From assembly GCF_009914755.1 (NCBI RefSeq), contig NC_060945.1: DNA of 64,000 nt; one strand, given 5' to 3'. Numbering within the stretch: position 1 is the first letter of the stretch; every line of letters begins with the position of its first letter. The stretch comes from the human T2T-CHM13v2.0 reference genome, Homo sapiens. Both the position numbers and the translations under genes were made by a program. The notes beneath the pieces are model-generated. The model saw nothing but the letters and a program-made list of their open reading frames with translations. It had not been told where the DNA came from and ran no database searches. This document shows, one piece after another, positions 1 to 13,702 of the stretch.

Positions 1-65
1 TTGCTGTAGTCAGTACCATCTAGTGTTTTAGTCAATATCAGTTTTTGTAGTGTGGATGAGGCTGG

Positions 66-1543
66 TGATGGCAGCTGCAGCCTGTCTGGAGTTGCTGCTG
101 CCGTGGTGTCAGCTGCAGCGGGGGAGGCTAGGGCTCTGTGCTCCGCAAGTTGGTGGGAACCGGGAACAGGTGGAAGCCCCACCCCCTTCCAAGTTGGAGG
201 GGCAGGAGCCCCGCCATCCTGGGCACAGCTGCAGCCGTCCATTAGAAGCTGTGGACCCAGGCATCCCTGCACTCACCGGGGCCCAGGAAGCCCCCCTGCC
301 CCGACAGGCTGAGAAGTGCCTGCTCCCACTGCTTGGTCTCTCCCCACTCCCAGCACCTGCTCCAGTTTCAGATCAAAGTTGTGGCCGAGCTGGGACACTG
401 TCACAACCTGGCTGGGTGTGTGTTTGCTCAGGGCAGTGCTGACATGCCAGCACCCTGCTGCCTCGGCACCCCCAGACTTTGGGTGCTGACAAGCATGAGA
501 GGGAGGCCAACGCGGGGCTGAGGGAAGCACAGCGCAGGCCTTGCAGCCGCCCCTCGGCAGGAACACTCTGGATGCCATGCACACTGTGGATGGCAGGATA
601 ATGGTGGCCGGAGGCAGACAAGCTCCTGGGAAGAAAGGGGAGGGTCCCTGGTGAAACTCCACCTTCAGCTTACAGAGGGCTTAAGGCCTGGGGCCCAGGC
701 TGTCAGTTCCACAGACCGGAGTGAGAACTTACGGTGCTTTTCCAGGGCTCACCCGTGACTGCCCATGCACCAATCAGCACACACTTTCCTCTGAAGCCCA
801 TAAAAACCCCCGGACTCAGCCAGACTTGGGCAGAAGACAGGACGACCTGCTTATGGAGAATAGCTGCCCACTGTGGGTCTCTCTGAGCTGTTCTGTCACT
901 CAATGAAGCACCTCTTCACATTGCTCACCTTCCACTTGTCCACGCACCTCATTCTTCCTGGACATGGGAGAAGAACTCAGGACCTGCTGAATGGCAGGTC
1001 TGAAAGAGCTGTAACACAAACAGGGCTGAAACACACCCATTGTTTGCCACATTGCAGGCAATGAGGAGAGGAGGAGAGAAGGAGAGAAGAGCTGCAGCCC
1101 TTCAAGGAGCCCAGACCTAGGAGCTCCCTGAGCCAGGGCAGTGATGCCCCCTTTGGGGCCCTGCGGTTCCTGGTGTTTCCAAGCTTCTGGGCACTACCGT
1201 ATTCCCTGGTTTCAGCCATGGAAGCTGTGTGTGGTATGCCTGGTTCAGCTGCAGCCTTGCAGGGAGCCAGTGTCCATGCCAGTGCCTAGGTCTGCCCGTC
1301 TCACCTGCCTGGCTGTACACAATGGCTGGACCCCACGCCCACTCACTCACACACCCCTTGCCACTCCACACCTGGCTCCCCCTTGGCAGGCATGGGATCC
1401 AGGCTGGAAGTGTGAGCCGAGCGCAGCCTGCCAGGCTGTGTGGGCAGAATGAGCCCAGCAGGCCCAAGCAAAACTCGGGTAAAGGCGCCACCAGTGATGG
1501 AGGTTTCTGGCCAGAAAAATGATACCCTGAGGATCCTATGACA
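66..1543 (+). mobile_element. MER52A-like ERV1 solo LTR, complete
   Basis: Starts TGATGGCAGC and ends GGATCCTATGACA (TG...CA), with a 4-bp TSD CTGG at 62-65 and 1544-47. Family from recalled consensus. Confidence 0.85.
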
Positions 1544-1756
1544 CTGGGTTCTGATTTACCAAAAAGAGCCACACCTGACTAGGGACATGGGGAAGCAGGG
1601 GCATGCAGGTCTGTCCATGAAAGCCCCACTCCTTGCTTTAGGGACAGTAGCTGATGCCCATGAGCGCTCCTTCATGCAGGTGCTGTGCTAGCACTGAATC
1701 ACCAGGGCTTGCTCCGCCTATAGAACCACAACCAAGAAGATGGGAGAGACTCTCAG

Positions 1757-1935
1757 CTCACAGCACCAGACACTTCAGACCCAGGTTGGAGAGCTCAAAG
1801 GCCTGAAACAGGCTCCAAGAAGATGTGAGTCTGAATTCACAGCACCAGACACTTCAGACCCAGATGTGAATCTTAACTCACAGCACCAGACACTTCAGAC
1901 CCAGGTCGGAGAGCTCGAGGGCCTGAAACAGGCTC
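1757..1935. repeat. Nested local duplication (120-bp-spaced direct repeat plus 41-bp tandem)
   Basis: CACAGCACCAGACACTTCAGACCCAG occurs three times; GCCTGAAACAGGCTC occurs twice. Confidence 0.9.
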
Positions 1936-4900
1936 AGTCCCAGACTCTCACCCAGTGCTCCCTTGCCCGCTCGGCCAACTGTCGTTTTGCAGACGGCAGG
2001 CTGGTCAGAGGCTTCCCATCCAGAGTGACCCATGAGGTGTTTCTGTTCCTTAGAAGAGGACGCTAATAGCTGCCTGGGAAAACAGTTGTTAATGAGGATT
2101 GTACTAAGTAGATCCCTTTCACATCAATAGTAACCAGTTTAAAGCCTTTTCATTTACAAATATTTCTGATTTAAGGACTTAGAGGTCAGTTCGTATACAG
2201 TCAAGTTTAGATGTGTTTTGGAGAAAGTGGATACAGCCCACAAGGTCCCAAAAGGCAACAGGGCACAGGTAACATTCCCTGGCTGTGATTAGTTGGTTGA
2301 GGACATCACAATTGGAAGCATCCACGTTCTTCCTCACAGGAAGCACTTGGCTGAGAGCTGTGGACACTGAGGATGAGGCTTGAGTCTGTCCTAGCAGAGC
2401 TCAGGGCCTGGTGGGAAAAGCAGGGTGGTCAGGCCAGCGGGGGAGTGAGCAGGGAGGGGCAACCAGCTTTGCACAAGGAGCCAGGAATCTCCCCCCCACC
2501 TCCACCCTGCACCAGGGGCGCTGACTCTGGGCCCTCAAGGCCCCCCACTGGGGACGCTGACTCTGGGCCCTCAAGGCCAGTGGCATCCACAGCTCCATCC
2601 ACAGCAGCGAGCCTTGTGCAGTTTCACCACAATAGTAGCACATGTGTGACCTCCTGGGGGCTGCTGGGGCCTATGGGAGTCGGGTGTGGACGGTGTGCTC
2701 CCTGGGCCTGCTCGGGGATGCTGAGTACCAGGCAGCAGTGAGTGGGGTGACTGAAGGGAAACTCGAGGGACATCTGGCCCTCTGCTCTGCCACGCTTGTC
2801 CCCATGCTTGCTGTGTTTGGTTTGGGGCCATTGGCCCTGCTCCTGTAGACTCAGAGTAGCTGTCTGTCCCACGTTGCCATAGCTGAGTTCACTCGGCACA
2901 GTCACCTTGGGCTGTGTGCTTTTTTTGCTGATCCCTTAACTGGTGAGAACTAGTGTACATTTGAACACTTGCCATCCAGTTGACACCTTTCAATAAAAAT
3001 TGCAGATTAATAATAAATGATAGAAGTTCATGCTTTTTCCTTCTGGTGAAGACCAACACATGGCCCTGTTTTAAAGAGCAGAAAGCTGCAGAGCCACTGC
3101 CACGTCGCAGGCACCATCCAGGATGTGTAGGCGTCTCAGGGATGTTACGGCACTCAGAGGATTGGTTTATTTTTAGGAAACAACTGTAGCAGCCAAGTGA
3201 AGACTCTGGACAGGGGAGGACAGCTGTTGAATGTGTCCACAGGGCCTGAAGTAGGCCACGAAAGCCCCAAGTTTGCCCCTGCGTTGGCACAAGTACTGGG
3301 GCTGCCAAGGAAAAGGCGGGGGTGGAGGAACTCAGTGTACAGCATGCCTGTGGGGGCAGGCATGGCGCCCGGGGTGGAGGGGTGGAGGAGACCGAGCCTG
3401 CCCCAGCCATGTGGGCCTCGCAGCCCACTGGGAGAGGCAGGCCACAAACAGGGAGACAAATTGTGGATTGCACTGTGCGTGGAGGGAGAGGGAGGGGGGC
3501 GGTGGGGTGGGTTGGTGCCGTGTGAGCTGGGACTTGAGCAGTAAGGTGGGGTCTGATGAAGCCTTGCGCGAGGACATGGCAGGGAGGGAACAGGGAAGCA
3601 CCCCAGGAAGTTGGAGAGGCTCTGGTGGGCATAGCGAAGGGCTGACGATGAGCACATGGGCATGTGTTAGAGCACGTTTTTTATTTATAAGGACATAACC
3701 CTGGCTGCTGCGAGGAGAGGGGCTCTCAGGGTCAAGAGAAGGCAGAGAGGCTCCTGCACAAGCTGAGTGGTAACAGCAGCGCAGAAGCAGACAGGCTGAT
3801 GTGTTTAGCCCAACTTTGGGAGAAAAGCTGGTGACATGGGGTGTGGGGTGAGAGGGGAGAGAGAACCAGGTAGTCTCCAGGTGTCTGGCCTGATGGCTGC
3901 AGCGAGGTGACAGGATTTACACATGTGCATTGGTACACCTGCTGCCCGGGATGGCCAGGTGAACAAGGAGTTGGCCTTTGTCAAAGCTGAAAACACCTTA
4001 CTTGAGGCCCCCTGGAGCGCCCAGGCCTCACCAGGCCCACCCCCGCCCAGCCACCCTAGAGTTGCCTTGCTGGGCCAGTCTACTACTGTCTGTGCGACTG
4101 GCATGTGGTTCTCCCGTGATGCATCCCTTTTAGTGAGGAAGGAACTAGAGCCACAGTTTGATGAAGTTGCTGACTGGACCACTGAGGTGTTAGTGCCCTG
4201 TGCAAGGTGCCCTGACACCTCTGCATGTTTCTTTCTGTCATTTGTCCTTGCTAGAATTTCCTCTTCTGTTTCAGTAGATTCCTATTCTCATCAATATTTC
4301 CCACTTAATATGATGAATATTGTACATTATTATTCTTATTTTAATTATCTCCTTTTGCATTGCACTAGAAAAAATGTGTTTGCTGAAAATTAGGCACAAA
4401 TCTTGCTTGCTCTGTGTACAAGATCTATAAAGATTCACTTAGCAGCTTGCAGGGACGGTTTCCTAGAAGGTAAAATATTTCACTGAAAATATTATCAATT
4501 GAATATTTTGGAACACTTTAGTGATATTGTTTGGTTTAGATAATACTGAAAGCAAAATATAAATTATGAGGTGAAGTGTATCTCTAAACATGCATGATTC
4601 GCTTGTTGAGTTTCAGATTGTTTTCGTTCAAATGATGTAAGAGGTTTATACTTCAGTTGCTTTTGTTAAATAAGCAAATCATCTTTCAATTTTTTTGCTA
4701 CAAAGTTAATCTAGCTTTGGAATGCTGCTTGATGTATAGTAAAGAATGAACACGAATAATCTCCACTTTAATACCGTTTCTTTTTTTTTTTTTAGTTTGC
4801 AGTTCAAAGCTATTAAATATGGAACCCATAGCAGTCATAAAGAATATGTAAAAGTTTTCTCAAAGCTATCCATTTTTGAGGGGAAAATGGATTTAATCCA

Positions 4901-6422
4901 GTAATATATGTTAGTAATTTTAATCAAGTTCACCAGTTGTCTTAAACAGTTTTTAATCTATAAACTTTTAGTGGACTCCTAAAGATGACATTTTTTACCA
5001 GCACAATAGAAACTATTCAAGTTCTGATGCATCTTTAATGTAAATAAGTCATGTTTTTAATATTTTATTCCAGGATATGTTTTTTCATTAAGGGAAGGGG
5101 AGAAAAAGGGTAGGTATGCTCATTGTCCAAAGTTGATAAGAACATTATATTTATATATATTGTTTATACTTGTGGTTGCAATGTATCTATAAAAAGGTAT
5201 AAAGAATAATATAACAATCATTTACCTACCCCCAGTACAAAACGTATAACATTGTCAATTTGACCATGTTAGCTGAAATCAAAAGCGAGCTCATGAAGAA
5301 ATGATCAGGACACGGTGAGGGAACGGCCTTGTTTGATCCAGCTTGATCTTCTTCCATGTCGGCACCCAGTGTCTGGTCCTGTTTATTAAAAATAAAAAGC
5401 ATGTTCATATGTCCCTGATTTAAAATGCCACCTTTACCAAATATTCTGTGTCTGGATGTGTTGTGTCTGATTCTGGGTTTTTCTTCCATCACATTGACCC
5501 TCTTTGTCCGTGAGCCACGCTGTGTTGCGTTAGGCACTGAGGCTCTTTATTTCTAATAGGAAGGACTAAGCCACCTGCTCCTTTGGTTCAGAGTTTTCCT
5601 GAGTATTTGAGTCTGTTTATCCTTTTCACGTAAATGTTAGAATCAGCTTGTCTAGTTCCATTAAAACAAGTTGGATTTGTACCTGGAACCAAGTGAAACT
5701 GAAGTCTCAGGTCTTCTGCAGTCAAGTTCAATGTTCTTCCACACTCACCACCTCCCAGCTCTGTCTTCTTACTGCATTAGGAGGCATTCTGAGAAATGAA
5801 GAGGTTGTTTTGAATATTGCTATCAAATAAGTCTTTTTTTTTTAATTGACCATTCTTGGAATTTTGTTCCATAGGGGATATTTGATAGGGTTTTAATTCT
5901 TATTTGTTTGTAGTTCAGGTCATAAGAGGTTCTTTTAAAAAGGGAAGAAAAAATAGCTCTGTGAAATGTGCTAAAGTGCTTGCATGTGCTGTTTTGCTTT
6001 GTTTTATAACCTTTGGTACAAGAGTTGGCATTCGTCAAAACTGAAAACGTTGGCTTCTGCTCTGCAAGAGATTTGTAGCTCCCATTCTTAATGTGGGCGG
6101 TACCTGCAGGTACTCACCTGCCACCACACTCGGCATGACTATTTTCTACTGCGAGACATTTTCCATGTCCTTTTAAAAGAATTTTAATATGTAAGGGCAG
6201 GAAAACAAAGTGAACTGTATGAATTAGGTGAACTACATGAGCTGGGCTCACTCCTGTGCCTCTGCACTTTTATTGTTGTTGTAAAGTTTGTTTTTCCTGG
6301 TCCCAGAAATCTGAGAGAAGTCAGCCTTCTCAGGCAAACCAATTATTGATTAATTATGTATAAGAATTAAATTAGCCATTTGTGTGTCTTCTGCCTATTA
6401 TTAATAAACTTTTTATTTTGAA

Positions 6423-6711
6423 GGCTGGGTGCGGTGACTCATGCCTGTAATCCCAGCACTTTGGAGGTCAAGGCAGGCAGATCACCTGAGGTCAGGAGTT
6501 CAAGACCAGCCTGGCCAACATGGTGAAACCCCATCTCTACTAAAAATACAAAAATTAGCCAGGCATGGTGGCACGTCCCTGTAATCCCAGCTACTCGGGA
6601 GGCTGAGGCAGGCAGCTTGAACCTGGGAGGTAGAGGTTGCAGTCAGCCGAGATAGCGCCACTGCACTCCAGCCTGGGTGAGCGAGATTCTCAAAAATAAA
6701 AAATAAAAAAT
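6423..6711 (+). mobile_element. AluS, sense
   Basis: Full dimer with A-tail; TSD ACTTTTTATTTTGA at 6408-21 and 6712-25. Confidence 0.95.
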
Positions 6712-6769
6712 ACTTTTTATTTTGAGATAATATAGATTCACATGTAGTTGTAAGAAGTAATACTTATAT

Positions 6770-8600
6770 GAACGTAAGCCTTCATTTCTCTGGGATAAAT
6801 GCCCAGGAGTACAATTGCTGAGTCATGTGGTAGTTGCATATTTTATTTTTAAGAAACTGCCAAACTACTTTCTAGAGTAGCTATCCCATTTTACATTTCT
6901 GCCAGCAGTCTATGAGAGATCCCTTTTCTCCACAGCCTCATTTCACCTGGGGCTGTCACTATCTTTAAAGCAACACTATGTTGAATAGCCCTTCTCGGAG
7001 GTGTGCAGCGGAGTTATCTCACGGTAGTTCTCAGCTGCATTTCCCTAGTGACTCGTGATCCTGAGCATCTTTTCATGAGTTTATTTTCCATCTGTAGATC
7101 CTCTTCGTGTCCTTTGCCCATTTTCTAATTGGACTATTTGTTTATTTTACTGTTGAGCTTTGAGAATTTCTTATATATTCTATTTGTTGGATATATATTT
7201 TTCAAATATTTTCTCCCAGTCTGTAGCTTGTTTTTTCATCTTTTTAACAGGGACGTTTGCAGAGAAAAAGTTTTTAACTTCCAGTTTATCAGTTGTTTCT
7301 TTTGTGGATTGTGCTTTTGGTGTGAAGTCTAAAAACTCTTTGCCTAGCCCTAGATCCTGAGGATTTTCTCCTGTAACTTTCTAAAAGTTTTATAGTTTTA
7401 TGTTTTGCATGTAAGCCCATAATCTATTTTGAGTTAAGTTTTGAATAAGGTAGGAGACCTGAATTGAGGTTCATTTTTTTGGATCTCTAGTTGCCCCAAT
7501 AAGGCTGTGCCTCTTCACGAAATTGCTTTTGCACCTTTGTCCAAAATCAGTTGGACATATTTGTGTGGTGTATTCGGGGTTCTCTGTGCTATCCTCTTGT
7601 GATCTGCTCGTCTGCCCCTTGCCAACACTGTACCGTACCGATGACTGTAGCTTTGTAGTAAATGCTGAGATCAGCTAGACTGATTGCTCCCACTTTATTT
7701 TTTTTTTATGGTGGTTACATTAAAGTCTTTCTAAGAGAATTCTAACACCTGTGTCATCTCCGTGTTGGCATCTGTTCATTGTCTTTTTTCATTTAGTTTG
7801 ATATCTTCTGTTTCTCGATGTGACAAGTGATTTTTTATTGGAACCTGATTATATGATATTATGAGACTCTAAATCTTACTGAAGCCTTCTGTTTTAGCTG
7901 ACTTTCTCATACACCACGGTGTCAGAGGAAGCGGGGATGCTGTCTCATTACTGCTGGATGGGGGATAAGTCCAAGTTCCCCACTGGGGCTCCCGGATAGC
8001 TCCCTGTTGTGAGAGGGCCTCATCACTGCTCCATCTGGAGCCTTCACTGGCAGCACCGGCTAGCGTCGTTTCTACCAGGTGGAAAGAGAGCCCAGCTTCC
8101 CCACATAGTCTCTCATGACTCTGCACTGTGGCGTGGGAAGGGAAGGGGTTGTTAGAGCCTGGTGGAAATGAAGATTGTGGCTTGTCACTCAGCCTTGTCT
8201 GACACCACCCAACAAGGGGACTCTGGGGTTGTCCTTACAGTCTGGCACGGGTGGGGCGTGGTTGAGGTTTTTTGTTTGGTGTTTGGCTGGAATAAAGCAA
8301 TTCTTGTCTAAGAAGTTTTCTGTCTTGCTGGGCTACCTCTTTCCTGGTCCTTTGGCCAGAGAGAGCAGCTTTTGTTGCAGCTTTTTGTGTGTTTTGTTTC
8401 TGCCAATGCCTGCTGATGTTTCTGGCTTCCTCAGCTCTATGTTGAGAAAATGAAGCAAAAGGAAAATGCAGGGTCGCTTCTCAGGTCCTGAGGCCCCCTG
8501 GCTTGTCAGCTTTCTCTACATCTCTCAGTCTTTTTATGTGTGTTTTATGTATAATATCCAGGATTTTTAGTTGTATTTAATGGGAGGAAAAAGGAGAAGA
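6770..8600 (-). mobile_element. Old L1M fragments, antisense
   Basis: Typical L1 3' antisense motifs (aagaaactgccaaact, ttctcccagtctgtagcttg, aaaatcagttgga). Boundaries approximate. Confidence 0.75.
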
Positions 8601-10313
8601 ACTCTGTCTTCCCACTGAGGAAGTTCCTTTGCCTATTTAAAACCAGTTTCAGCCAATAAGAACAGAGCTATTTGGACAGGCTTATTCGTTGTTCCTCCAG
8701 TTTATAGTTTGGGCTTCTGAGAAGCGCCTTGCCATCACTTTGCCTGCATAACCTCAGTGCCCTCACACAAGCCACCTGTTTTCCCGTCTTCGTGATATGC
8801 TCAGCCAGACCCCTTGTCTGAAGCTCAGTTTGACGAGCATGTCCTCATTTTTTGGCCTGATCCCTCCAGCCAGGAGGCTCCTGGGAGCACCCACAGCCTA
8901 CTGAGGGCATCTGCCCTGACTGCAGGGGTCTTGCCCTCTGTGCCTACATCTCACCTCCCATTCTAGACCTTAACCCAATTACTTTTTATCAGTCCTTCCA
9001 TAATGGAAATATTAAAACATATACAAATATACAATTGTATCAAGAACTCTGCATGCCCGTCAGCCACATCAGTAATTACCAACCAGGGCCCATTTGTTGG
9101 TTTTGTCTACACTCATCTATGTTTTTCTCACCACACTGAATTATTTTGAAGTAAATCCTAGATATTGTCCTTTCATTTGTAAATACTTCAGTATATGTCA
9201 CTAAAAGAGAACTGCCATTTCTACACCTAAAATAATTTATCATAATTCCTTAATATAATCAGCTGTTCAGGCAGTATTTACATTTAAGTTTCTCAGAATC
9301 TGATTTAGGTTCTTGTATCTAGCACAAGTGCTTTGCACGTAATAGATTCTCAGAAAATATATCTTGAAATAGTTAATGACTATAAAATAATAATGCTTTT
9401 AAAACTATCTGGAAAACTTTGTTGAATAAAGGATTCTAAAGAGAAACTCATTTAACTTTCAGCAACACATTTGCCTGAAATATAGTGAGATTGAAAGTTA
9501 TTAACATGATTTCATGAAAAACTATATATATAAAATATCTATTTTTAGATATATGATATTTGATATAGATATATAAGATATATGCATGTTTTAGTACATT
9601 TTAGTCACCATTTTCTAAGAGCAATGAATTTGCCTTTTAGTGATTTATAAGTTTTATTTGTACACAAAGTAACGTGTGATTATAAAATTTGCAAATCTTC
9701 TTTTTCCTCAATTGCAATTTGATGATATTATTTATTATAGAACATGTATTAATACAGTCTGACAAAGTATAACTAAAATATTTAAGAAGAGGAAACTCTT
9801 AAATTTGTTAGTAACTAGAAATTGTAATACCTGTTCTTTGAGGATTTCCTGTGGTTTCTCCTGCCAACAAAATAATACTTATATGTAACTAAGAAATTAG
9901 ATTGAATTTTAGCAGTCATGTGCACTTTAGTTTTGTCTGCATAAGGAGCTATTCAAGGTGAGAGAGAAGTAGCTAAGTGAGAAGCTGTAGGTTCTGGTTC
10001 TGCTGTGTGGCTTTAGTTTACAGCTGGAAGCCAAAAGTCTACCCAGAGTAAAGATAGATGGCAAGTATGTGAGCGCCCTTCTGAGGTCTGTCGCCATCTG
10101 TCATGGCGTGTTGTGTCCTTAGTCCATCCTGCAGCAGGCGTCTTTCCAGAGTGCAAATGCCAGTGCCTTTGTCCCTAGTTCAGCGCTCTTCATGGCCCTC
10201 CATTGCCTGGAATCAAACCCACCCTCCTCAGAGTGGTGTGAGGTCCCTGGGCACTGGCCCTGAACCTCCCTTGCTGGGACCTGGTCCCACCCTCATCATC
10301 CCTCCATGTGGGA

Positions 10314-10379
10314 GAATCCACGCGAGACGTCCTTTGCTGTGCTGGAATCCACGCGAGAAGTCTTTTGCTGGACTGGAAT
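10314..10379. repeat. 31-bp tandem duplication
   Basis: GAATCCACGCGAGA(C/A)GTC(C/T)TTTGCTG..CTG, two copies. Confidence 0.9.
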
Positions 10380-10609
10380 GTGCCAAGGAGGAGTATTTTG
10401 TACCAGATGGCAGATCTGACTTCTCTAACAAGACCTAGTTCTTATTTTATGATTTTTTTCCTTTAATTTGTAATAATGTTGTAATTATTTCCTTAGAGTA
10501 GACTTACTTCATATTACTCCTGTCATAGGCACACTAAATGCTATTTTCTTACTGTCTTTCAGACAGAAACAGTCTCCGCCAGTCAAGAAACCCTCAAAAG
10601 TATTTTGCC

Positions 10610-10637
10610 ATGGATATAGAAGATGAAGAAAACATGA
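10610..10637 (+). CDS. ADARB1: ADARB1 coding exon 1 (exon 10563-10637; MDIEDEENM + 1 nt)
   Basis: Acceptor tgtctttcAG at 10561-62, Kozak gccATGG at 10610, donor A|GTAAGA at 10638. Too short for the ORF track. Confidence 0.97.
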
Positions 10638-11533
10638 GTAAGATCTAGGCCTATCACGTAGTATCAGATAGCTAATTTTATGTTAACATTTTGGTGTTTT
10701 TGCAAATGTATTTCATGAGACCAGTGTGGGGATTGTGTTTTTTCCCGTAACATCTTCTACTGACAGTGGCATGTTTTTAATTTTTGGTGTGTTCTCTGCA
10801 ACAGGTGTCAGAATTTGCTGCAGACGTTTTTCCTTCCTCGTTATCGTCGTGGGGCATCACTGTGCCCCGTGGAATGGGCTTCTGGGTATATCTCATGAAG
10901 CCCCACTGTTTCATGTGGAGTCCTGTCACGGCATGCCTCTCAGAATAATGCTCTGAGTATTCACACATACAAATCGAAGATAACGTCTGAGATTGATTTA
11001 AATACCCAGGCCTTTGCAATAATAGGACAGAAATATTTCCCTTCAAAATGCAGGTTCTCGCTGCATTTTGAAGGAAGGGGATTCACACGTGTCTGTTGAT
11101 CTAAAGTTCGCAAAGGTGCTAATGAGAGCTGGGACTGGTGTGGGCCTCCTCCTTCCGTGCTGTTCTCTCTGGTGCCGGGGTGGTGGAAGGCCGCTGGGGT
11201 ACGTTGGTGTTTCGGTGAAGGTACTTATCTCTTCTAGTTCATCTTCAGTCCCAGAAAACAGGTTTAGATGCTTCCACGGAAGTTGGGAGAGTTTAGTAGA
11301 GAAATTACAACAAAGGCATCATTGCTCTAACTAATATAAATATCTGTATTTACCTTCTTACTTGTCTGAAGGAATAACATGCAGCTGTCAATGATGAGTG
11401 ACATGTCACTGGGAGTGATTATTGAGCATTAGAACTTAGCACTTTCCCTTTGACTTTACGCACAACCGATGATCTGGGGTCTTGGAGTCACTCTTGCGTA
11501 CCATGTAGAACCCAAACCATGACCCAGTGAAGC

Positions 11534-11584
11534 ATTTCTGCATGGTATTGATTTCTGCATGGTATTGATTTCTGCGTGGTATTG
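11534..11584. repeat. 17-bp tandem, three copies
   Basis: ATTTCTGC(A/G)TGGTATTG three times. Confidence 0.95.
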
Positions 11585-13190
11585 CTGCCCCATGGGTGTG
11601 CTGTGGAGGCGGCTGGGCCTCTGCTCTATGGACTGTGTGCTAAGTGTTGGCTTTGGTTGAAGTCAGCCATCTGGGGTGTGAGGGTGAGACCACCTCCTGC
11701 AGTGCTACCCAGGAACCACGGGACCAGCGTGCTCACCTCACTTCCGCTGTTGTGTGCGCAGCCCGTGCCTGCCTGCTGGTGATTGTTTTTTTCAGGTTTT
11801 TATCCTCATCAATCCTGCTCTTGAGATCTTTTAAAAACCCAGCTTCATGTTTTTACTGGGCAGTTCTACTCACTGTTTCCAAGTTTGTGACAAGTTTTAA
11901 GAGAGAGGTTACGTCCATACTCCTCATTTGAGAAAATGTGACCTGTGCTTGGCCCGTGCAGTAGCCCACCAACGGAGCATGTGCAGGGGTCCTCAGGGCC
12001 TCTGTGTCAGGACTGTGGCCTACAGCCTACAGCTGCAGTCACCTCGCATAGACAGAGGCTTTGTGATCGTGTAGGTTCTGGAACTATCCCCAAACTGATC
12101 CTGTGATCACTTGACATGATAAAGAATCCTCCCACATTTTTCTGTGAAGAGAAGCCGATGTTGTAGTGCTAAAACGTGGACATTCTGGTCCTGTATTTGT
12201 ATCATTTTGAAAGCAATGCAAAGCCCTGTCATGATCAGTATTTACATTTATGAAGTGTAGTAGCATGATACAGAAAGAGAAGGCATCTGTTGAAGAAAAG
12301 CTGTGAAAGTGGCATCTTTCTCTAGTTTTAGTATTTTCCTTTATGATAGTAGCATTTTCAGTGACAGTGAGAGTAGTATTTCAGTGTGCCCCTGAGGTGA
12401 ATAAGAATTTAGAATGTATGGAATCTGTATCACAGAAAGTGTATTCTTCTCAAGATTATTTGTCAATCCAATAGTAATTATTTTTATTTCTGAAAGGAAA
12501 GCATTTGGTTATTTCAGAGGTTATAAATATTTGGTTAAATGCATGTCCAAATACATTTATAATGATTTGATTTTTGATATTGATAATTGTTTAGCAACAA
12601 AGTCAAAATGTAAGCAGTAATCTAGTATGTCATGTTCTTGCTCAGTTTATTAATCTCTGAATTCCATCTTGGCTCTATTTTTTTTAACCTTTTGTTCCCT
12701 TTGAGCACCGAAAGGAGTAACCTATCGAGCTTTTGCTGGAGGATGTTATAAATGAAAATTTAGTGTCCATTCCATCAGCTTTGTCAACTGGGAGAAGTGG
12801 TGTGTGTGTGAGGATTATTTTGGAGAAATAATGTCTGTAGAGAAAGTTTTAAATCTCTTAGCCTCTACCACAGTGTGGCATCAGTTTTCCCATGGATTGT
12901 GTCTAAACCAGGTTTATGCTCTGCTGTCTTGGCCGAATGATGACAGCCCTGGAATTAGAGATCTTTAACCTCAAAGATTGGCAGCCAAGGGCGAGGACTT
13001 GGTCCCTTTAAACATTCCCATGGATGAAGCTGATGAATATTTTCACAACTTTTCAGTTTGCTTAACGTAATGAGAATCTACCATTTTACACATGTAGTAG
13101 AAATAGACCCTAAAGCCACCATATGGGGCACTCGTAAATTGGTTTACAATTTTAGTAATATTTTGGTTACTTTAAAAAATACAGATTTTT

Positions 13191-13251
13191 GAAATCTAGT
13201 GGTAGATGTCTTTAACTTTCATTCACATTACAACCTTGCAGGGCACTGTAG
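13191..13251 (+). promoter_or_regulatory. Editing-complementary sequence (ECS) for the auto-editing duplex
   Basis: TTGCAGGG(CAC)TGTAG (13236-51) pairs with TTACA(AGA)TCCTGCAA (14626-41). TTACAA (13228-33) pairs with TTGTAA (14650-55). GTGGT and AATCT pair with ACCAC and AGGTT across the normal acceptor. Confidence 0.8.
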
Positions 13252-13372
13252 CCCTCACCCTTGGGCTCCATGTGACAGCTGCCTAGCCATGATGGAAAGG
13301 AATTATTTCTTCTTCTCCTTTTTAAAAAGCTTGATGAACACTTTATACTCCTCTTTTTAAAATAAAAAATTA

Positions 13373-13702
<330 letters not shown>

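Noticed and set aside
2515-2578. Short direct repeat CGCTGACTCTGGGCCCTCAAGGCC, two copies
   Set aside because: A simple local duplication with no functional context visible.
50-4393. Dense overlapping ORFs of up to 247 aa
   Set aside because: GC-rich LTR and intronic sequence with few stops; no recognisable domains or consistent exon structure.
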